A DNA stretch of 64,000 bases from an uncultured Gemmatimonadota bacterium (lineage in GTDB: Bacteria; Gemmatimonadota; Gemmatimonadetes; Palauibacterales; Palauibacteraceae): contig CAJWLK010000011.1 in the NCBI GenBank assembly GCA_913043255.1, positions 11,170-75,169 on the forward strand. Direction: 5' to 3'. The notes under the pieces are model-generated. The model worked only from the letters and a program-made list of their open reading frames with translations, searched no databases and was not told the origin of the DNA. How positions within the stretch are numbered: position 1 is the stretch's first letter; every line of letters begins with the position of its first letter. A program made the translations under genes and the position numbers. Of the stretch, positions 59,649 through 64,000 are shown piece after piece.

Positions 59649-60637
59649 CCCGGCCGGAACTTGTATCGCTTCAAGATGTTCAAGACGCACAGCTTCGTAT
59701 CAGAGATGCGGTACGGAGAACGCCACTTGTCTCGGCGCCACTCCCAGAGGTTGGAGTATCACCAGTAGAAGGGTCGCTCGATAGACTTTGGCTCAAGTGT
59801 GAAAACTTACAACGCGTGTCCGCCTTCAAAGCTCGCGGGGCTTACCATTTTGTGACCCGTCTCACCCCGGAGGAAAGGGAGGCTGGCCTGCTTACCTACT
59901 CCTCCGGAAACCACGCACAAGCAGTTGCATTCGCGGCTCGTCAGTTTAAAGTCCCCGCAAAAGTTGTCATGCCTACAGATGCTCCGAAAGTAAAACGCTT
60001 AGCAACGATAGCACTTGGTGCGGATGTTGAGTTTGAAGGTACCACATCATCTGAACGGAAGCGGCGAGCCGAAAAAATCCAGCGAGAACAAGGTGGAACC
60101 ATGGTGCCACCCTTTGATGACCCGGACATTATAGCTGGACAGGGGACAGTTGGGCTCGAGCTTGTAAGCCAGCTTGGTTCAAAAAAACCAGGATTAGTGC
60201 TCGCTCCGATCGGAGGGGGTGGTTTGGTCTCAGGAGTAGCAGTGGCGTTGAAAGGGCTCCACCCGGAAGCCAGAATGGTTGGTGTTGAGCCCGCAGGCGC
60301 CGCCTCTATGCTACGGTCGCGAGAAGGCGGAGGACCCATCACGCTGGACAGTGTCTCAACGGTGGCGGATGGACTTAAGCCGGTTCGGCCGGGTGACCTA
60401 ACATTTGCACACTGCGAAAACTTGGTCGATGAGATTGTAACGGTGGACGACGATAGCATTCGAGATGCTGTCCGATGGTTATTTAGCCTTGGTCTTGTTG
60501 TGGAACCCTCTGGAGCAGCTACGGTGGCAGCGTTATTACAAAGTGTTGTGGAGCCTGGAGTTGAAGGTGAGACAGTGGCGATTCTTTCTGGGGGTAACAT
60601 TGAACCTTCGCTACTTGTCGAATGGCTGCAGGAATGA
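59645..60637 (+). CDS. PLP-dependent threonine/serine dehydratase family enzyme
   Basis: The PLP-lysine motif is SAFKARGA. The Gly-rich phosphate loop is GGGGLVSG. Length 330 aa. The start overlaps the gyrA stop (ATGA). Confidence 0.7.
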   Translation: MTRPELVSLQDVQDAQLRIRDAVRRTPLVSAPLPEVGVSPVEGSLDRLWLKCENLQRVSAFKARGAYHFVTRLTPEEREAGLLTYSSGNHAQAVAFAARQFKVPAKVVMPTDAPKVKRLATIALGADVEFEGTTSSERKRRAEKIQREQGGTMVPPFDDPDIIAGQGTVGLELVSQLGSKKPGLVLAPIGGGGLVSGVAVALKGLHPEARMVGVEPAGAASMLRSREGGGPITLDSVSTVADGLKPVRPGDLTFAHCENLVDEIVTVDDDSIRDAVRWLFSLGLVVEPSGAATVAALLQSVVEPGVEGETVAILSGGNIEPSLLVEWLQE

Positions 60638-60703
60638 GGTCTAACTCTGTTCTTCCAAGGGTCGGCGATTTCGTTTTGAGTGCTCAAAAACCGCTTTAAT
60701 CCC

Positions 60704-61402
60704 ATGCTAGTTTTATTTGATATCGATGGTACCCTAGTGCATGCTGGTGGTGCGGGTAGGGCGGCCTTAGAGTCTGCCATGATAGAGGTTTATGGTACCA
60801 CCGGTCCTATCGATGAACTCCCGTTCGACGGCCTGACCGATCCTCAGATTGCCTACACACTACTTTCCGCTGCAGGGTTTGATGAAGGGTCGATCGAGAA
60901 GGGGCTCGATCTTCTATGGGTTTCATACCTGAATTGTCTCAGAAGTGAATTGATTATTCGTCAAGCCGACATGAAATCATATCCCGGTGTTTTGTCCTTA
61001 CTCGATGCGCTTGACGAGATCGGAGCAACGTTGGGTTTGGTTACTGGGAATATTTCGGGTGGGGCGCATGGAAAACTTGAAGCGTGTGGACTTGGCGGTC
61101 GTTTCCTGTTTGGTGCGTTCGGTTCCGATGCGGTCGACAGGAATGACCTTCCCCCAATTGCAATTGAACGGGCGTTTACTGAGACGGGCGTTCATTTTGC
61201 GCCGGAAGAAACTTGGATTGTCGGAGATACTCCGCAGGACATCGCTTGTGCGAAGGCGTCAGGACTTCGGGTTCTCGCCGTCGCTACGGGACGCTTTTCA
61301 GTAGCGGCACTGAAGGAGGCCGATGCGGATTGGGTTGTCCCATCACTGGATCACACGGCTGACGTCATGACTATCTTGACCTCTAGCAGTCGCGCGGAAT
61401 AG
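60704..61402 (+). CDS. HAD-superfamily hydrolase (phosphoglycolate phosphatase-like)
   Basis: Motif I is LFDIDGTL. Motif III/IV is VGDTPQDIACAKASG. The track ORF starts 8 codons upstream at 60680. Confidence 0.7.
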   Translation: MLVLFDIDGTLVHAGGAGRAALESAMIEVYGTTGPIDELPFDGLTDPQIAYTLLSAAGFDEGSIEKGLDLLWVSYLNCLRSELIIRQADMKSYPGVLSLLDALDEIGATLGLVTGNISGGAHGKLEACGLGGRFLFGAFGSDAVDRNDLPPIAIERAFTETGVHFAPEETWIVGDTPQDIACAKASGLRVLAVATGRFSVAALKEADADWVVPSLDHTADVMTILTSSSRAE

Positions 61403-61453
61403 TGAAAAGCCCAAGATTTTCTCTACGAAGAAGCAATAGGGGGACTAGTATCC

Positions 61454-62896
61454 GTGGCGTTTGAGGGGGGGCATAGCAGTGGTGACCGGCACGGCCGAGA
61501 GGCCGATGGTACTGATGTTTTCACGTTCGATGTAATCGTCAACGGGACACCTAGGCTCTACAACGTTCCAGTAGTGTGCACAGACCTTGTGATCCGTGCA
61601 GCGGATGAAGAAGTGTCTCTTGATTCTGTATTCTGGGTCTCTCGCCGAGCTGGTCTCGTGCTTTTATTTGCGCGCACGCGTTCGCTCGCCTTTCTCGGCC
61701 ACAGTGGTGACCTGGAGGAATTTGCTCGCACGATAGAACAGAAAACGGACCAGTCGAGGCAGCGAACTCTACTCCAGCCACTCGCAGCAGAGGTGGTAGT
61801 TTGCACCGCCGGCACAGCAGTGAACGGGATGTTATCGGGTTCCGACTTAAATGGGCTTCATCTCGCCGTGTTTACCCAACGTGCGGTTCATCTTTTTGCT
61901 GAGGATCGACACCATACAGTGCCCTGGCCAGTCGATCAGGTCAGCGAGATCAGTTCGGACACTAGGGAAGAGGGTAGGGCAGGTCTGCGGCTTTCCGCTC
62001 CGGATGTAGCCCTGGAATTTTACTATCTGTTTCCCGAAGAAATACAAGCCATCGCCATCGTCGCGCGTAAAGCTCCCGTGTCAGTTGGTACAGAAGATGA
62101 GTCGATTGAGATGTTCTCTAAAGGAGATGTGTCGCCACCTCGTCCCGCTGAACTTCCCGAGTTCATGATATCCGTTGAGACACTTCAGGCAGCCTTCCAG
62201 GAAGCAGCGCAGCGCGTGCGAGTGGACACATCTCTCGGGGATCGGTTAGATCGTCCCTACTTTGAGAGGCATTTTCAGGATCTCGGTGAGATTGCGTTGG
62301 GACCTCTCTTGCTCAGAAGATCGGCCGCCCTCGGGGCTGGGTCGATGGCACATGCAATCCAGGCGCTGGATGCGGAGCAAATGCGAGAGGACGCGATCGC
62401 CGCCTTTCATAGTCTTATTGAACAGCTTTTTAAAGTATACCGTGGAGAGATCGAAGCCCTTCTACTGGAAAAACGCCTCTCGAGTGAGATTGGAAGTAAA
62501 TTCCATGCTGTCGATCAACACGCAGCCCTAGTCACTTCCGTGACACAGCGGATTGAGATGCTAGACTCAGCTTTTGGAAAGGTGTTAGCTAGACAACATC
62601 TTTTGCTTCAGAGGTTGCATGCCCGTGAACACGAGCCACCAGAAACAGAAGAAACCGGCTTGGAGGAGGCGACGAGCGATTGGAAAGCTCAAGTGGTGAA
62701 ACTGGATGTTACATACGGTACTGCATGGAGTGCCGTGTTGAAGGAGGTCGCAGATCTTTGGTCTGATTATTTCATACCAAGTCTCCGGGAATTAGCAGCA
62801 CGTCCAAGACAACGCTTGTCGAAGAACGCGCGATTAGCGATCCTCGTGATCACCGTGTTGTCTCTCGTGGGAGCGTTGGCGTTTTGGCTTTCTTGA
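61454..62896 (+). CDS. hypothetical protein with C-terminal transmembrane anchor (tail-anchored), no recognisable domain
   Basis: No signal peptide. Single C-terminal TM helix LAILVITVLSLVGALAFWLS. It is flanked by conserved genes on the same strand. The start position is uncertain. Confidence 0.35.
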   Translation: MAFEGGHSSGDRHGREADGTDVFTFDVIVNGTPRLYNVPVVCTDLVIRAADEEVSLDSVFWVSRRAGLVLLFARTRSLAFLGHSGDLEEFARTIEQKTDQSRQRTLLQPLAAEVVVCTAGTAVNGMLSGSDLNGLHLAVFTQRAVHLFAEDRHHTVPWPVDQVSEISSDTREEGRAGLRLSAPDVALEFYYLFPEEIQAIAIVARKAPVSVGTEDESIEMFSKGDVSPPRPAELPEFMISVETLQAAFQEAAQRVRVDTSLGDRLDRPYFERHFQDLGEIALGPLLLRRSAALGAGSMAHAIQALDAEQMREDAIAAFHSLIEQLFKVYRGEIEALLLEKRLSSEIGSKFHAVDQHAALVTSVTQRIEMLDSAFGKVLARQHLLLQRLHAREHEPPETEETGLEEATSDWKAQVVKLDVTYGTAWSAVLKEVADLWSDYFIPSLRELAARPRQRLSKNARLAILVITVLSLVGALAFWLS

Positions 62897-62930
62897 TCAT
62901 CGGGTTCACACTGACCAGAGAGTAAGGATT

Positions 62931-63674
62931 TTGAATCAACGGACGAAGTCAAAATCATCTGAAGGAGGTGGGAACAAAGTCTTCCTGCTTCTAGGATTGT
63001 TGGTCGTACTTGCAGGTGGTGCCTGGCTATATATGGCAGGCCAGAGTAGTGGTGGGCCTGCCCAACCACTACCCACGCCGGATGAGTTTGAAGCCCTTTC
63101 GGCCCAGCTGCCTGGCGATGCTTCTGTCGGAATCTTATTGGGATCGGAGTCGGCCCCGATTACAATTGAGGAGTTTATTGACTATTCCTGCCCCGCATGC
63201 GCGAACTTTGCCGGTTTTACTGGCAGGCTCATCCGTCAAAATTATGTTGAGACAGGGCAGAGAGTGGCAAAGTGGATCACATACGATTTTGTGTTGGGGT
63301 CTTTTCCAAACTCCGTTCCGGCTGCGATGGCGGCTCGTTGCGCAGGTGATCAGGGTCAGTACTGGCCTATGCACGACATGATTTTCTCTCGTCAGACTCG
63401 CTGGTATACAAGTAACCGACCCGAAAATGAGTTTTCGGGAATTGCGGAAGATTTGGGTCTAGATATGGGCGCCTATCACGCCTGTACCGCAGAGAGCCGT
63501 TATCTACAAGAGATCGCTGTTTCCCGAAAGTACGGAGAGGAACGGGGTGTGGGGTCGACCCCCACCGTGTTTGTAGATGGACAAGTCGTTGATCTGTCGA
63601 GAGGTGATCCATACCAGGTCATCGAAAGTATGATTCAAAACAGGATGAATTCACTGTCTGCCGACAATCAGTAG
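62931..63674 (+). CDS. DsbA-like thioredoxin-fold thiol:disulfide oxidoreductase
   Basis: N-terminal anchor LLLGLLVVLAGGAWLY. The CxxC active site is CPAC. The thioredoxin fold is followed by ...GSTPTVFVDGQ (cis-Pro loop region). Confidence 0.7.
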   Translation: MNQRTKSKSSEGGGNKVFLLLGLLVVLAGGAWLYMAGQSSGGPAQPLPTPDEFEALSAQLPGDASVGILLGSESAPITIEEFIDYSCPACANFAGFTGRLIRQNYVETGQRVAKWITYDFVLGSFPNSVPAAMAARCAGDQGQYWPMHDMIFSRQTRWYTSNRPENEFSGIAEDLGLDMGAYHACTAESRYLQEIAVSRKYGEERGVGSTPTVFVDGQVVDLSRGDPYQVIESMIQNRMNSLSADNQ

Positions 63675-63722
63675 TGGCGAAAAACTTCGGTTTCCGAGTC
63701 TTTTACCTATGCCACGCCTTCA

Positions 63723-64000
63723 GTGACCAGACTTAACCGACACCGCGCGGTCGCCCTCTTGGCGTTAGCTGGCCTTTTTCTCTCGGTATACCTATTTCTG
63801 TATGCCAAGGGGTTCTACGGTTCCTTGGCGTGTGGAGCTGGAGGCGGTTGCGATCTTGTTCAGGGCTCTCGTTGGGCTGAGTTCCTCGGTTTCCCCGTGG
63901 CTGGGTGGGGTGTGGGATGGTATCTGGCCGTATTTGTCGTATCGCTAATATCAGTTCAGGTGCGAACGGCCAACGCCGGCTGGGTGAATAAGGCCCTGTT
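63723..64000 (+). CDS. vitamin K epoxide reductase (VKOR) family protein (partial; continues past window end)
   Basis: Not in the ORF track because it has no in-window stop. GTG at 63723 gives (M)TRLNRHRAVALLALAGLFLSVYLFLYAKGFYGSLACGAGGGCDLVQGSRWAEFLGFPVAGWGVGWY. This is a VKOR TM1 and loop-cysteine pattern. Confidence 0.55.
   Translation, partial: MTRLNRHRAVALLALAGLFLSVYLFLYAKGFYGSLACGAGGGCDLVQGSRWAEFLGFPVAGWGVGWYLAVFVVSLISVQVRTANAGWVNKAL

Noticed and set aside
59941-60780. 279-aa minus-strand ORF antisense to the threonine dehydratase and HAD genes
   Set aside because: The plus strand carries the PLP-lysine (SAFKARGA) and HAD (DIDGTL) motifs. The antisense product has none.
1-64000. Search for CRISPR arrays, tRNAs, IS elements, integrases, prophage or defence-system genes
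   Set aside because: I saw no regularly spaced direct repeats, no cloverleaf-sized non-coding gaps and no transposase, recombinase, nuclease or ATPase gene sets typical of mobile or defence loci. All intergenic gaps are under 310 bp.

Overview
This is a 64-kb chromosomal segment from a high-GC Gram-negative bacterium. The gene content suggests an FCB-group or Gemmatimonadota-like organism, but that is inference only. Coding density is about 90% and there are many high-GC antisense shadow ORFs. I support about 49 CDSs, two of which run off the window edges and are therefore absent from the ORF track. I recognised no rRNA, tRNA, CRISPR array, transposase, integrase or phage gene. Housekeeping anchors are pyrE, fumC (class-II fumarase/aspartase family), acs, leuS, waaA/kdtA plus an msbA-like exporter, uvrA and gyrA. 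The accessory content is dominated by envelope, secreted and metal-handling functions:
- A secreted module at 2.2-7.1 kb: two paralogous NHL beta-propellers bracketing an endostatin-like (C-type-lectin-fold) secreted protein and a HupE/UreJ transporter fused to a periplasmic domain.
- A halogenase-like flavoprotein gene followed by a diheme cytochrome c gene.
- copCD next to a barrel-less TonB-receptor N-terminal fragment.
- A roughly 1050-aa outer-membrane protein that joins an HExxH metallopeptidase-like domain, TolB/PD40 propeller repeats and an Omp85 (BamA-like) barrel.
- A GldA/GldF/GldG-like ABC operon with a DUF4340 gene.
- An MFS, Gfo/Idh/MocA, xylose-isomerase-like TIM-barrel operon with a DUF1080 lipoprotein nearby, which matches the oxidative 3-keto-glycoside cleavage route.
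- An S9 peptidase with a beta-lactamase-like serine hydrolase.
- A CDF transporter, a Fur-family regulator, YggX, and a DsbA-like protein followed by VKOR.
The most novel-looking candidates are the Omp85-peptidase-PD40 fusion and the NHL/endostatin-like/HupE secreted module. Neither matches a characterised system I know. All product calls rest on motifs read directly from the translations, with no database search.
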